55,256 nucleotides of DNA from an uncultured virus (IMG/VR IMGVR_UViG_3300044641_005242) (IMGVR_UViG_3300044641_005242:62001-117256); one strand, 5' to 3'. Positions 1-10,008 are shown, numbered from the stretch's first letter. Notes: generated by a model from the sequence alone, not told the origin. Numbers and translations: made by a program.

Positions 1-1004
1 ATGACAAGGATAACGCGAGTGCTGTTACCATAACTGGTCAAGATATTATCAAAACAGCCAATAAAGCAATCAATCAGTACTATAAACGTGTACTAAATGA
101 AAGTGAAAATAATGATCATGTTATTTATGTTGATACCGACTCTTGTTTTGCTAGCGCTTTACCTATCATTCAAAAGACGATGCCAGAGATTGATATCAAC
201 GATGAAAAAGCAATGACTGATGCTATTCTAAAGGTTTGTGGTGAGGCTCAGTCTCATGTTAACAAAACCTTTGATATTATGGCAGACAGAATGTTTAACA
301 TTCAGAAACATCGTTTTGATGCAAAACAAGAAGTTATTGCCAAGACTGGTTTTTGGTTGGCTAAGAAACGTTATGCACAATTTATCATTAACAAGGGTGG
401 TATCGAGTGTGATGAAATGGAAGTAAAAGGTATTGACGTAGTTCGTACATCATTTCCAATTCAGTTTCGTAAGTTCATGGAGAAATTCTTGGATGATATT
501 CTTCGTAAAACTTCCAAGGAAATCATTGACGAAAATATTTTAAAGTTCTTGGATGATAAGTTGAAGAATTCTCCAGTCATTGAAATTGCTAAGAATACTA
601 GTGTTAAGTTCAAGAGTGGTGGTGAGTCAAAGACTGATTATAATCCAAAGACTCGTAATAAATTCAAGTATATTAAAGGTACAACAGCTCAGGCAAAAGC
701 CGCTTTGTTTTACAATGATCTATTGAAACATTGGGAACTTGACAAGGTTGTTCCTCCAATTTTTCATGGACAAAAGATTAAATGGGTATATATTAAACAA
801 AATGAGTTTGGATGTGAATGTATTGCTATGAAGGCTGATGGTACTGATCCAGATAAGATCATGGACTTCATTAATGTGTATGTAGATAGAAATGCTATGT
901 ACGAACAAGAACTCAAGGGTAAACTATTGGACTTTTACAATATTTTGAATTGGTCATATCCTAGTCAATCTGACGCTACTCTAGGAGAGTTCTTTAGTTT
1001 TTAA
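1..1004 (+). CDS. Family B DNA polymerase (gp43-like), C-terminal part; 5' end outside window
   Basis: Frame is open from base 3: AVTITGQDII, then YVDTDS at 126-143 (PolB motif C), KKRYA and EVKGIDVVRT. Ends ATLGEFFSF (clamp-binding-like tail). Confidence 0.95.
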   Translation, partial: DKDNASAVTITGQDIIKTANKAINQYYKRVLNESENNDHVIYVDTDSCFASALPIIQKTMPEIDINDEKAMTDAILKVCGEAQSHVNKTFDIMADRMFNIQKHRFDAKQEVIAKTGFWLAKKRYAQFIINKGGIECDEMEVKGIDVVRTSFPIQFRKFMEKFLDDILRKTSKEIIDENILKFLDDKLKNSPVIEIAKNTSVKFKSGGESKTDYNPKTRNKFKYIKGTTAQAKAALFYNDLLKHWELDKVVPPIFHGQKIKWVYIKQNEFGCECIAMKADGTDPDKIMDFINVYVDRNAMYEQELKGKLLDFYNILNWSYPSQSDATLGEFFSF

Positions 1005-1010
1005 ATTGTT

Positions 1011-1421
1011 ATGAAAAAATACGAAGATTTATTAAAAATTCCGATTTCTAATGGAAGATTTCCTTTATATACAAAGGATTCAACATTAATTGCTACAAAA
1101 TATCAACGTGTGGTAATTGGTCAACGAGGCCCTTATGTTGAATTTAGCAAAGATGATATAAACATAAATCAGTTATATATACCAAAAAATCAGTTATATA
1201 GACTAAGCGATCCTAAAGTTTATTACATTGAATTTAGAACAAATGATAAATCCAATATAAAAGTATATTATCAAATGAGAAGCGTGGCATATGCCGATTA
1301 TAGAATTGAATATTTTTATATTTCTCCAGATGACTTATACACAACTTCAGAATCTGGTCTTGAATCATGTATAAAACAGAAGTATATAAGTGTTGTGTCA
1401 GACGAATTTTTCACATATTAA
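1011..1421 (+). CDS. Conserved hypothetical protein
   Basis: 136 aa ORF abutting the polymerase; RVVIGQRGPYVEF and VAYADY motifs; ends DEFFTY. Confidence 0.75.
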   Translation: MKKYEDLLKIPISNGRFPLYTKDSTLIATKYQRVVIGQRGPYVEFSKDDININQLYIPKNQLYRLSDPKVYYIEFRTNDKSNIKVYYQMRSVAYADYRIEYFYISPDDLYTTSESGLESCIKQKYISVVSDEFFTY

Positions 1422-1422
1422 T

Positions 1423-2226
1423 ATGAATATAGCAATTTTATTGACTGGCAAAATTAGAACATATCATAATACTTTAGAAAACTTACAATTTTTAACTGAA
1501 AATTTAAAAAATCATAACATTTATTTTTTCTGTACAACCAATTTTGAAGAAAATATTGATTTTAATAAATTAAAGTCTGATTATAATTTCAAAATTATGG
1601 ATGTGGAGTCATACAATGATCATACATTGCAGTTTATAAACAACGCTGAAAATTTTATTCAATTTTGTGAGTCGTATAAGAATGATAATTCAGATTATAA
1701 TCGATTTTGTGAGTCGAGTAGAATTGATCGTACTTGGTATCATATGCCCGTAATTTTGCAAAAGTTTCATAAAGGAATGTGTTTGATAGATAGTTTTCAA
1801 ATTAAAAATAAAATCAAATTTGATTTAGTCATTCGTACTAGATGGGATGTGTTATTCAAAACCAATTTTTCAGAAAAAAATATAATTGATAGTTCTAAAT
1901 CAGAAAATTTATTTGTTTATCAAGAATCATACGAAAAATTTATAAATTCAGTAGCTGGTCGTAACAATTCCAATAACACTGAGTATCACAAATATATTGA
2001 TGGGTGGGTAGACGAATTGTTTTTTTATGGCAGATTTAATACGATGAAAAAATTCAGTCAGATTTACTTTGATTACTATAATCTAGCCAAAAAATATAAC
2101 ATATGGACTACCCACGAAATTTTTAATAAGTATGTGATTGAAAACAATATAAGTTTATCATCACCTGCTGTTAAAATAGCATTAACTCGCGAGTCATATA
2201 TTTGGCATGTTTTTGATTATATTTAA
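1423..2226 (+). CDS. Hypothetical glycan-associated protein (GT-like)
   Basis: Likely start ATG 1423 (MNIAILLTGKIR); FDLVIRTRWDVLF and DELFFYG motifs of a type seen in polysaccharide loci. Confidence 0.6.
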   Translation: MNIAILLTGKIRTYHNTLENLQFLTENLKNHNIYFFCTTNFEENIDFNKLKSDYNFKIMDVESYNDHTLQFINNAENFIQFCESYKNDNSDYNRFCESSRIDRTWYHMPVILQKFHKGMCLIDSFQIKNKIKFDLVIRTRWDVLFKTNFSEKNIIDSSKSENLFVYQESYEKFINSVAGRNNSNNTEYHKYIDGWVDELFFYGRFNTMKKFSQIYFDYYNLAKKYNIWTTHEIFNKYVIENNISLSSPAVKIALTRESYIWHVFDYI

Positions 2227-2261
2227 TCAATTTGATATATAAAAAATATATTATATTAACT

Positions 2262-2906
2262 ATGTTTAAAATCAACGAAAGCTTATATTACAAAATACAA
2301 TCAAATGTTCCCGGTTTACTTTACACGCCGGAATATCTTAAAGTAGAAGACAACAACGAAGATTGTCATACAGTTCCAAGTTATCTATGGGATCTGATTG
2401 ACGGAAATTCACATTGTAATCTAAATGCATTACAATCGATTATTGATAAAATAAAATTAGATAATATTATTGAGATTGGTGTTGCTAGAGATAAAAAATC
2501 ATTCACAAACATTCTATTAAAAAATAAACCAAAGAGTGGAATTTATTGTGGAATTGACGTTATGGATAAATCATTCTTGAATAATCCAGAAGAAAATATT
2601 TATACAATTCAATGTAATTCGTGGGATCAAAATACGATAAGAAATTACTTGAAGTCTATAGGACTTATTGGTTGTAGTCTTCTATTAATAGATGGATGGC
2701 ATGCTATGGGTAATACAATTAACGATTGGATGTATTCTGACTTGGTAGATGTTGGGGGTGTGGTTGTATTACATGATACGAATTATCATCCAGGCCCTAC
2801 ACTATTAGTAGATGCTATTGATACTAGCATATATAATGTCGAAAAACATTGTATTACTGATATTGATTGGGGATTAGCTGCTGCGTATAAATTAAAGAGT
2901 TATTAA
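2262..2906 (+). CDS. Class I SAM-dependent methyltransferase (Methyltransf_24-like)
   Basis: IIEIGV, YCGID, LLLIDGWH, GGVVVLHDT. ATG 2262 preferred over the upstream TTG. Confidence 0.85.
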   Translation: MFKINESLYYKIQSNVPGLLYTPEYLKVEDNNEDCHTVPSYLWDLIDGNSHCNLNALQSIIDKIKLDNIIEIGVARDKKSFTNILLKNKPKSGIYCGIDVMDKSFLNNPEENIYTIQCNSWDQNTIRNYLKSIGLIGCSLLLIDGWHAMGNTINDWMYSDLVDVGGVVVLHDTNYHPGPTLLVDAIDTSIYNVEKHCITDIDWGLAAAYKLKSY

Positions 2907-2910
2907 TTAT

Positions 2911-4014
2911 ATGGTTGTATTAATTCCAATGGCTGGACTAGGAACCAGATTTAAACAAGAGGGGTTCGATCTACCAAAACCAATTATTGAAGTAAATGGA
3001 AAAACGTTAATTGAACACTCAATTGAAACATTGGGTTTTGATGCAAAGTATGTTTTCATCACTAGAAGGTATGAAAATGCAGATCATAATAAGATCTTAT
3101 CCAACTTACTTAAACAACTAAAACCAAATAGTGTTGAAATTCAATTGGATCATGTTACTAGAGGATCTGTAGAAACGTGTTTAAAAGCAGTTGAATATAT
3201 TAATAATGATGAAGAGTTAATAATAACCAATTGTGATCAAAGACTAGAATGGGATGAAGAATGCTTTTTAAATTTCATAAAATCTGAAGATTTAGATGGA
3301 TGTGTAGTTACACATGAATCGGAAAATCCGAAACATAGTTACGCAAAAACTAATGATTTGGGTATTATAGATAATATAAAAGAAAAGGTTACAATTTCTA
3401 AAAATGCTCTGATCGGGTTACACTATTGGAAACATGGTAGAGACTTTGTTACTAGTGCTTTTAGATTAATATCTGAGTTTGAATCACGTGGGTTAACAGA
3501 GTGTTATGTATCAGAAACATACAACTATTTGATCAAAGAAGGAAAGAAGATCAAAATATACGATATACATCCGAATGAATATATTTGTTTGGGTACACCA
3601 TACGATGTTTCTATTTATAAGTCTAAAACCAAAGAGTTTTTCACTGAAAAACCCAAAACTATATTTTGTGATATAGACGGTACTATATTGGTACACTCAC
3701 ACAAATATAGCGATGTTGTCAAAAATGATCCAGTAGTTTTAAAGGGTGTGATTGACAAATTTAATGAATGGGATTCGTATGGTCACAAAATCATATTGTG
3801 TACTGCTAGAAAAGAATCTTCCAGAGAAATCACTGAAAAACAATTGAAATCGTTGGGATTATGTTGGGATTTATTGATAATGGGTATTACTAGTGGAGTC
3901 AGAGTATTGATCAATGATAAGTTGAATAAGTTTGACAATGATCGAGCTATATCCGTAAACCTAACTACTAACGATGGTTTTGAAAAGTTCAATTGGAATA
4001 AGCATAAATTATGA
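2911..4014 (+). CDS. Nucleotidyltransferase (NTP_transferase) fused to a C-terminal HAD phosphatase
   Basis: N-terminal IPMAGLGTRF...PKPII, ITNCDQ, LGTP. C-terminal IFCDIDGT, LCTAR, LINDK. Confidence 0.9.
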   Translation: MVVLIPMAGLGTRFKQEGFDLPKPIIEVNGKTLIEHSIETLGFDAKYVFITRRYENADHNKILSNLLKQLKPNSVEIQLDHVTRGSVETCLKAVEYINNDEELIITNCDQRLEWDEECFLNFIKSEDLDGCVVTHESENPKHSYAKTNDLGIIDNIKEKVTISKNALIGLHYWKHGRDFVTSAFRLISEFESRGLTECYVSETYNYLIKEGKKIKIYDIHPNEYICLGTPYDVSIYKSKTKEFFTEKPKTIFCDIDGTILVHSHKYSDVVKNDPVVLKGVIDKFNEWDSYGHKIILCTARKESSREITEKQLKSLGLCWDLLIMGITSGVRVLINDKLNKFDNDRAISVNLTTNDGFEKFNWNKHKL

Positions 4015-4343
4015 AGATATTAAGTATGCATGATATGATAGGTGGTTGGTTTGTAGGCAATTTTGAACCCACAGCTTACAAAACCAATGATTTTGAAGTT
4101 TCATATAAAGTTCATGTGAAAGGAGAAAAGTGGGATTTTCACTATCACACGGATGTTACAGAAATAAATTATCTGGTACGTGGTGAAATGATTCTTCAAA
4201 ACAAAACTTTAAAAGCCGGAGATATCTTTATTTTAGAACCATATGAAATCGCAGATCCAAATTTTATTGAACAATGTGAAATTGTGTGCGTAAAAACTAA
4301 ATCTATAAATGATAAGATTAAGTTTAATATATTAAATCAATGA
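4011..4343 (+). CDS. Cupin domain protein
   Basis: GGWFVGNFEP, HYHTDVTEINY, GDIFILEP. ATGA overlap with the upstream gene. Confidence 0.8.
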   Translation: MKILSMHDMIGGWFVGNFEPTAYKTNDFEVSYKVHVKGEKWDFHYHTDVTEINYLVRGEMILQNKTLKAGDIFILEPYEIADPNFIEQCEIVCVKTKSINDKIKFNILNQ

Positions 4344-4771
4344 AACTAATTTCACATCGGGGAAATATCAATGGACCAAATACGGATAAGGAAAATCATC
4401 CATCATATATTAATTTGGCACTTAAAGATGGTTATCACGTTGAAATAGATGTTTGGTATATTGAAAAGGATTGGTATCTTGGTCACGATAAACCTCAATA
4501 TCAAGTTAAATATGACTTTCTAATATCAGATAAGTTCTGGTTACATGCTAAAAACGGTGATGCTTTTTACCATCTCTTACAAGATCGTGAATGTAATGTT
4601 TTTTGGCATACAGATGAAGACTGGGTACTAACCAGCAAAAAATATATTTGGACGCAACCAAATAAGTTATTATATAAAAATAGTATTTGTGTTATGCCTG
4701 AATTAGGATATGATGGTGATATAAGCGTCTGTGGAGGTATATGCAGTGATTTTATACAAAATTATAAATGA
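4340..4771 (+). CDS. Glycerophosphodiester phosphodiesterase (GDPD/PLC)-like protein
   Basis: ISHRGN, EN, VEIDVW, LGHD, WLHAKN, GICSD. Confidence 0.8.
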   Translation: MKLISHRGNINGPNTDKENHPSYINLALKDGYHVEIDVWYIEKDWYLGHDKPQYQVKYDFLISDKFWLHAKNGDAFYHLLQDRECNVFWHTDEDWVLTSKKYIWTQPNKLLYKNSICVMPELGYDGDISVCGGICSDFIQNYK

Positions 4772-5667
4772 ATAACGATGTAAGCTTATTAATTATCGGA
4801 GATAAACAGAACTTTGAATCTGTTGAACGAAGTATATTGTCTTTTAGGAATGTTTACAAAGACTCAGATGTTGTACTGGTTAATGTTCAACATACACCTG
4901 AATTAAATGATCTAGCTGAAAAATTATCTATTAATGTTTATATACCTTCTAAAAAATATGGATATCCCATGTTTAAGTCTACAGAGACCAACGATTTAAT
5001 TGAATGGTGTTTAGAAGTTATATTTAAACCATCATTATTGATAAAAACAAAATATTTTGTTTTTGGTGAACCTGATTGTTTCTTTGTTAAAGAAACTAAT
5101 CTAATGTGTAATAGTGATATCATCACACATTCATCTCCAAACTGGATGTTTGGTACATTATGGCCTCAATTTGAAAGAGATAGAGATAAGGACGATCCAC
5201 ACAAGTTATTTTCAAATTACGTAAAAGAAATTGAAGATAAATGTAAAAATATTGGTATTGACCCAAAAAAATTTGAATCTAGTCTAAATGTAGTTTTTTC
5301 CGCCGGAGCATTTATAAATACAGATAAATTTAAAAATTTATATCTAAATGACAGGCAATTGATAATTGATATTATAAATGCGTATCTTGAGTCAACCATT
5401 AAACGATATAGTTATATGGTATTTATGACGGACATTGTTATGTCATTTGTATTGATTTTGTCCGGATTTACTACTTCATTTAACAAAAATTATGTATTTG
5501 GTTATTACGAAAAAACGATATTAAATGTGAACGATATTGACAATGTAGAAAAAAATGTTGAGATAATACATCCTCTTAAAATATTTTATACTGAGAAAAA
5601 ACAATCGTGGGGTAATTATTTCGAACGTAAAGTAGATAAAGAAACAATAGATAAATATTTTAGATAA
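4768..5667 (+). CDS. Putative GT-A fold glycosyltransferase
   Basis: YFVFGEPDCFF (ExD), AGAFINT, C-terminal IIHP. Similar to 25570..26301. Confidence 0.55.
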   Translation: MNNDVSLLIIGDKQNFESVERSILSFRNVYKDSDVVLVNVQHTPELNDLAEKLSINVYIPSKKYGYPMFKSTETNDLIEWCLEVIFKPSLLIKTKYFVFGEPDCFFVKETNLMCNSDIITHSSPNWMFGTLWPQFERDRDKDDPHKLFSNYVKEIEDKCKNIGIDPKKFESSLNVVFSAGAFINTDKFKNLYLNDRQLIIDIINAYLESTIKRYSYMVFMTDIVMSFVLILSGFTTSFNKNYVFGYYEKTILNVNDIDNVEKNVEIIHPLKIFYTEKKQSWGNYFERKVDKETIDKYFR

Positions 5668-5668
5668 T

Positions 5669-6220
5669 ATGATCAAGAAATTTGAAAACTATCTTAACAT
5701 AGAGTTAAAAGATTGTGGACTAATCTTTGGCACCGATGTTTTTATATCAAACGACGTTATATTGCATAATCCACAGAATATAATTATTGGTAACAATGTC
5801 AGAATTGACTCACAATGTATTTTGATTGCGGGTAAAAATACAAAGATCAAGATAGGAAACAATGTTCATATTTCAGCCGGATGTTATTTTTATGGTAATT
5901 CTGGCAATATAACTCTAGAAGATTATACGTGTACATCAGCTAGATGTATTTTATACACTGCAAACGATGACTATACCGATGGATATGCAACTAATTCCGT
6001 AGTAATGAATGATATTAAAAAGGTAACAATCGGAGATATTCATATAAAAAAACATTCAGTTGTTGGATGTAATAGTGTAATATTGCCAAGTGTTGTTCTT
6101 GAATATGCAACATCTGTTGGTTCACATTCACTAATAAAGAAAGATACAAATTCATTTGACATAGTTGCTGGTTCTCCTGCCAAATTTATCAAGAAAAGAA
6201 AAAATATCTATTTAAATTAA
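5669..6220 (+). CDS. Left-handed beta-helix sugar acetyltransferase
   Basis: Hexapeptide repeats IIIGNNVRID, IKIGNNVHIS, VVGCNSVILP, and AGSPAKFIK. Confidence 0.9.
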   Translation: MIKKFENYLNIELKDCGLIFGTDVFISNDVILHNPQNIIIGNNVRIDSQCILIAGKNTKIKIGNNVHISAGCYFYGNSGNITLEDYTCTSARCILYTANDDYTDGYATNSVVMNDIKKVTIGDIHIKKHSVVGCNSVILPSVVLEYATSVGSHSLIKKDTNSFDIVAGSPAKFIKKRKNIYLN

Positions 6221-6227
6221 AAACAAT

Positions 6228-6857
6228 ATGGCACAAGGCGCATATAAAATTACAGAAGAATTTGAAGAACAACTTTCAAAATACACAGGAGCACCATATG
6301 TTATTACCGTAGATAACGCTTCAAACGCAATATTTCTATCGTTGATGTATGAAAACGTGAAGGACAAAATTATTACTATTCCTTCTAGAACATATCCATC
6401 TGTGCCTTGTGAAATAATTCATGCTGGTGCAAAGGTTCATTTTGAACCAGTGGTCGGAAAAATATTGAAAGGTGCTTATCAATTAAAACCTACAAATGTA
6501 TGGGACTCGGCGTTAAGGTTTACACATAACATGTATATTAAAAATACACACATGTGCATATCGTTTACAGGTCCATATAAACACTTTAAATTATCAAAGG
6601 GGGGAGCGATTTTAACCGATAATTACGACGCATATTTATGGTTCAAAAGAGCACGTTATAGTGGTAGACGAGAATGCTCATATCATACAGATAACTTTGA
6701 TATGTTGGGTTGGAATTTTTACATGATGCCTGAGTTAGCTGCTAGAGGTTTATTATTGATGAATCAGTTTTACAATATTGATGGAACTCCTAAACATAAT
6801 GAAGATTTGGAACTTCCATATCCAGATTTGTCTAAATTTGAAATTTATAAACAATAA
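6228..6857 (+). CDS. Compact DegT/DnrJ/EryC1/StrS-family sugar aminotransferase
   Basis: FEEQLSKYTGAPY, PSRTYPSVP, DSA, SFTGPYKHF (PLP Lys), GGAILT, GWNFYM. Only 209 aa. Confidence 0.85.
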   Translation: MAQGAYKITEEFEEQLSKYTGAPYVITVDNASNAIFLSLMYENVKDKIITIPSRTYPSVPCEIIHAGAKVHFEPVVGKILKGAYQLKPTNVWDSALRFTHNMYIKNTHMCISFTGPYKHFKLSKGGAILTDNYDAYLWFKRARYSGRRECSYHTDNFDMLGWNFYMMPELAARGLLLMNQFYNIDGTPKHNEDLELPYPDLSKFEIYKQ

Positions 6858-6861
6858 GTGA

Positions 6862-6890
6862 TTGACATTCTAACAACGATGGTGTAGTAT
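6862..6890 (+). promoter_or_regulatory. Sigma70-type promoter upstream of the clamp/clamp-loader genes
   Basis: TTGACA (6862-6867), 17 nt spacer, TAGTAT (6885-6890); 8 nt before ATG 6899. Confidence 0.7.
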
Positions 6891-6898
6891 ATAAATCT

Positions 6899-7636
6899 AT
6901 GAAAAAACAACTAATTAATTCATTCACAGACAAGTATTCCCTAAACGGGTTAATCGAAAGCGTAAAGTGGTCAGTAGTATCCGCTGACAATCAAATCAAA
7001 ACATCATCAACGAGCGATGACAAGAATATCTTGGCATTTGTAACCTTGAAAGATGCTGCAAAACTATCAGACATTGAGTTTGGTGTAAATGACACAGCTA
7101 AGCTCAAGAAGATGTTGGGTGTATTGGGAGATGAAGTAGAAATCACTACAAACACAACCAATGATAAGATTACATCAATTACACTAACTAGTGAAGGTAC
7201 TGAGGTACAATATGTTACCGCAGATCTAAGTGTTATTCCTCCAGTTCCAACATTGAAGAAGATGCCTATCTTTAATTTGGAAATTCCATTGACCAAGGAG
7301 TTTGTTTCTACATTCGTAAAGGCCAAGAGTGCTTTGACCGAGGTAGACATTTTAACCTTGACTAAGGATAAGAAGGGTAAGATCAAGATGACTCTTGGAT
7401 TTAGTAATACCAATAGCAATCGTATTAATCTTGATATCAAACCAGTAGAAGGTAAAGATAGTCTTGGTAAGACTCTACATTATAATGCCAAGTATCTCAA
7501 AGAGATTTTGACTAGTAATAGTGATTGTGAGAATGCTGTATTGAAGGTAAGTGATTCCGGTATTGCTCATGTTGAGTTTGATAACGAATCATTCAATAGC
7601 AATTATTATTTGTTGGAAATTAAGAACGTAGCTTAA
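6899..7636 (+). CDS. DNA sliding clamp (gp45/PCNA-like)
   Basis: 245 aa, beta-rich; EFGVNDTAKLKKMLG resembles gp45; C-terminal YYLL; lies directly before the clamp loader. Confidence 0.8.
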   Translation: MKKQLINSFTDKYSLNGLIESVKWSVVSADNQIKTSSTSDDKNILAFVTLKDAAKLSDIEFGVNDTAKLKKMLGVLGDEVEITTNTTNDKITSITLTSEGTEVQYVTADLSVIPPVPTLKKMPIFNLEIPLTKEFVSTFVKAKSALTEVDILTLTKDKKGKIKMTLGFSNTNSNRINLDIKPVEGKDSLGKTLHYNAKYLKEILTSNSDCENAVLKVSDSGIAHVEFDNESFNSNYYLLEIKNVA

Positions 7637-7642
7637 TAAATT

Positions 7643-8596
7643 ATGAGTTTCTTTCAAGAAGAAGTTGTAGAAAAAAGTGATCATTCACTCTGGGCTGAAA
7701 AGTATCGTCCAGATGTAATTGAGAACTATATATGTAATGATCAGTTGCGTGACATTGTGAAGGATTTTATTTCTCGCAATGACATTCCACATCTATTGTT
7801 TCATGGTAGTGCTGGTACTGGTAAGACTACTCTTGCTAAGATTCTGACTAAGAATATTCCTTGTGATGTGATGTATGTTAATGCATCTGATAACACTGGT
7901 GTAGACTTCGTTCGTGATAAGATTAAGCCATTTGCTTCGTCGATGGGTTTTCATGAACTCAAGGTGGTTATTTTGGATGAGGCTGATTATATGTCAACCA
8001 ATTCTCAAGCGTCACTTCGTAATTTGATGGAGACTTATAGTAAGAATACTAGGTTTATTCTGACTTGTAACTATGTAGAAAAGATTATTGCTCCTCTAAT
8101 TAGTCGTAGTCAAGTGTTTAGACTTGAACCACCCGCAATGAAAGATGTGGCGGTTTATGTCAAAAATATTTTGGATAGTGAGAATATCAAGTATACTATG
8201 CCTGATATTGCTAGTGTTACAAAAGACTTGTATCCAGATGTACGCAAGATTGTCAACTTTTTACAACAAAGCAGTACTAGTGGTACTTTGAAATTGGTTA
8301 CTACTCAGAGTGCTAATGTAGATCTTAAGAATAAATTAATTCTTTCTCTTAAGAATTGTAAAAATAATCCGAAAGCATTTAATGAGATTCGTCAGATGGT
8401 AAATGATTCTGGTATTAAGATGTTTGAAGAACTATATACTGAGTTATATGATCGTGCTGAAGAATTTGCTTTAGGTAAAGAAATAAATGTTATTATAGAA
8501 GTATCAGAGAGTATTTATCAGAGTGCGATGGTTGTAGACAAAGAAATTACGTTTATGGCTTGTATCGCAAAACTGATAAAAGTTATAAGTAAATGA
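7643..8596 (+). CDS. Clamp loader AAA+ ATPase subunit (gp44/RFC small subunit-like)
   Basis: LWAEKYRP, PHLLFHGSAGTGKTT, NASD, ILDEAD, RFILTCN, SRS arginine finger. Confidence 0.95.
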   Translation: MSFFQEEVVEKSDHSLWAEKYRPDVIENYICNDQLRDIVKDFISRNDIPHLLFHGSAGTGKTTLAKILTKNIPCDVMYVNASDNTGVDFVRDKIKPFASSMGFHELKVVILDEADYMSTNSQASLRNLMETYSKNTRFILTCNYVEKIIAPLISRSQVFRLEPPAMKDVAVYVKNILDSENIKYTMPDIASVTKDLYPDVRKIVNFLQQSSTSGTLKLVTTQSANVDLKNKLILSLKNCKNNPKAFNEIRQMVNDSGIKMFEELYTELYDRAEEFALGKEINVIIEVSESIYQSAMVVDKEITFMACIAKLIKVISK

Positions 8597-10008
8597 TAGT
8601 AACAAAACATTCATCTGACAATGTACAAAGAATTCTCGCCAAAAGTGGGAATTCTTTTGTTATATTAGCGGAACAACGATTTTCTGTAGAAACCGAAGAG
8701 TATAGTCAAGAAAATATATTTGTGGTTGATGACTTGGATCATTTATCACACATGACCTTACGATTGATATTTGAGTCTTATAAAAGTGGAATATTGATGT
8801 TTATAAACTCAACATATGATAAAAAACGTTTCAACACATTAATTGTCAATAAGTTGTTGAGTTATTATGATACATATGGGTGTTTTTATAATGCAATAGT
8901 TTACTTTGACAATAATTTTCCATGTAAGAGTTTTTATACCAAAACCTCAGATGTTTTGAAAGTTACAAACTCTACCTTTAACGTTAATGATAAAGGATTG
9001 CTTTATATTGGTCAATATGGCACTTGTGGATACGCATCCGCAGCAAAAGGTTATATTGCAGACTATGTTTTGAAGGGGGTTAACATATCATGGAAACCAC
9101 TCAAATTTGACAATAGTAAGAACGATAATAATTACTACGTGGATGTTTTGGCAGAGTCAGTTGTTGACAAAAAGTTAGATAATGTTGATTTAACGATTGT
9201 TCATAGCACACCCGATATATGGGATAGATATATTAAAACCGATGGTAGATATGTTGGATATTGTACTTGGGAAACAAGTAAACTACCAACTAATTGGGTT
9301 AACAAGATTAATTTGTCTCAGGAGGTGTGGGTACCATCTTATTTCAATAAAGAATGTTTTATTAATAGCGGGGTTAAATCTGATATTAAAGTTGTACCTC
9401 ATGTTTGGCATCCACAGCCAAGATTTAATAAAAATGATATAACTATCAAGGATTGTTTTGGTAATGTTATTCCATCCAACAAATATACCTTTTATAGTAT
9501 TGGAGAACTTAATTTTAGAAAGGGTATAGAAGATTTGGTGAAGGTATTTGATAAATTAAACGATTCATATCCAGATACCCAACTCGTTTTAAAACTACAT
9601 TATAGAACATATGATGACACTAGTTTGGTGTATTGTATCGATACTATCAGAAAATTGACTGGTAAACTATCTGAGAATATCTTCTTGATATTGAACAATC
9701 TAAGTAATAGAGAGATATTATCATTACATAGTTTCTGCGATTGTTATGTGAGTTTGAATAAAGGTGAGGGATTTGGTTTAACTATATTTGATGCATATCA
9801 TCATGGAAACATGGTAGTAACAACTGGTTATAGTGCTCCCGTGGAGTTTCTTGGTAAAGATTACAAAGGACTAGTTAATTATAAACTAAATAAAGTAAGT
9901 GGGATGGAATCGTTTAGTACTAATTATTCAAGTGATCAAGAGTGGGCATATCCTGATTTGGATCATGCTTATGAACTAATGAGAAAATGTTATGAAGATA
10001 AGTTATAA
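8593..10008 (+). CDS. GT4-like (GT-B) glycosyltransferase with N-terminal extension
   Basis: GYASAA, WETSKLP, VWVPSYFN, RKGIEDL, YVSLNKGEGFGL, WAYPD. Confidence 0.9.
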   Translation: MIVTKHSSDNVQRILAKSGNSFVILAEQRFSVETEEYSQENIFVVDDLDHLSHMTLRLIFESYKSGILMFINSTYDKKRFNTLIVNKLLSYYDTYGCFYNAIVYFDNNFPCKSFYTKTSDVLKVTNSTFNVNDKGLLYIGQYGTCGYASAAKGYIADYVLKGVNISWKPLKFDNSKNDNNYYVDVLAESVVDKKLDNVDLTIVHSTPDIWDRYIKTDGRYVGYCTWETSKLPTNWVNKINLSQEVWVPSYFNKECFINSGVKSDIKVVPHVWHPQPRFNKNDITIKDCFGNVIPSNKYTFYSIGELNFRKGIEDLVKVFDKLNDSYPDTQLVLKLHYRTYDDTSLVYCIDTIRKLTGKLSENIFLILNNLSNREILSLHSFCDCYVSLNKGEGFGLTIFDAYHHGNMVVTTGYSAPVEFLGKDYKGLVNYKLNKVSGMESFSTNYSSDQEWAYPDLDHAYELMRKCYEDKL

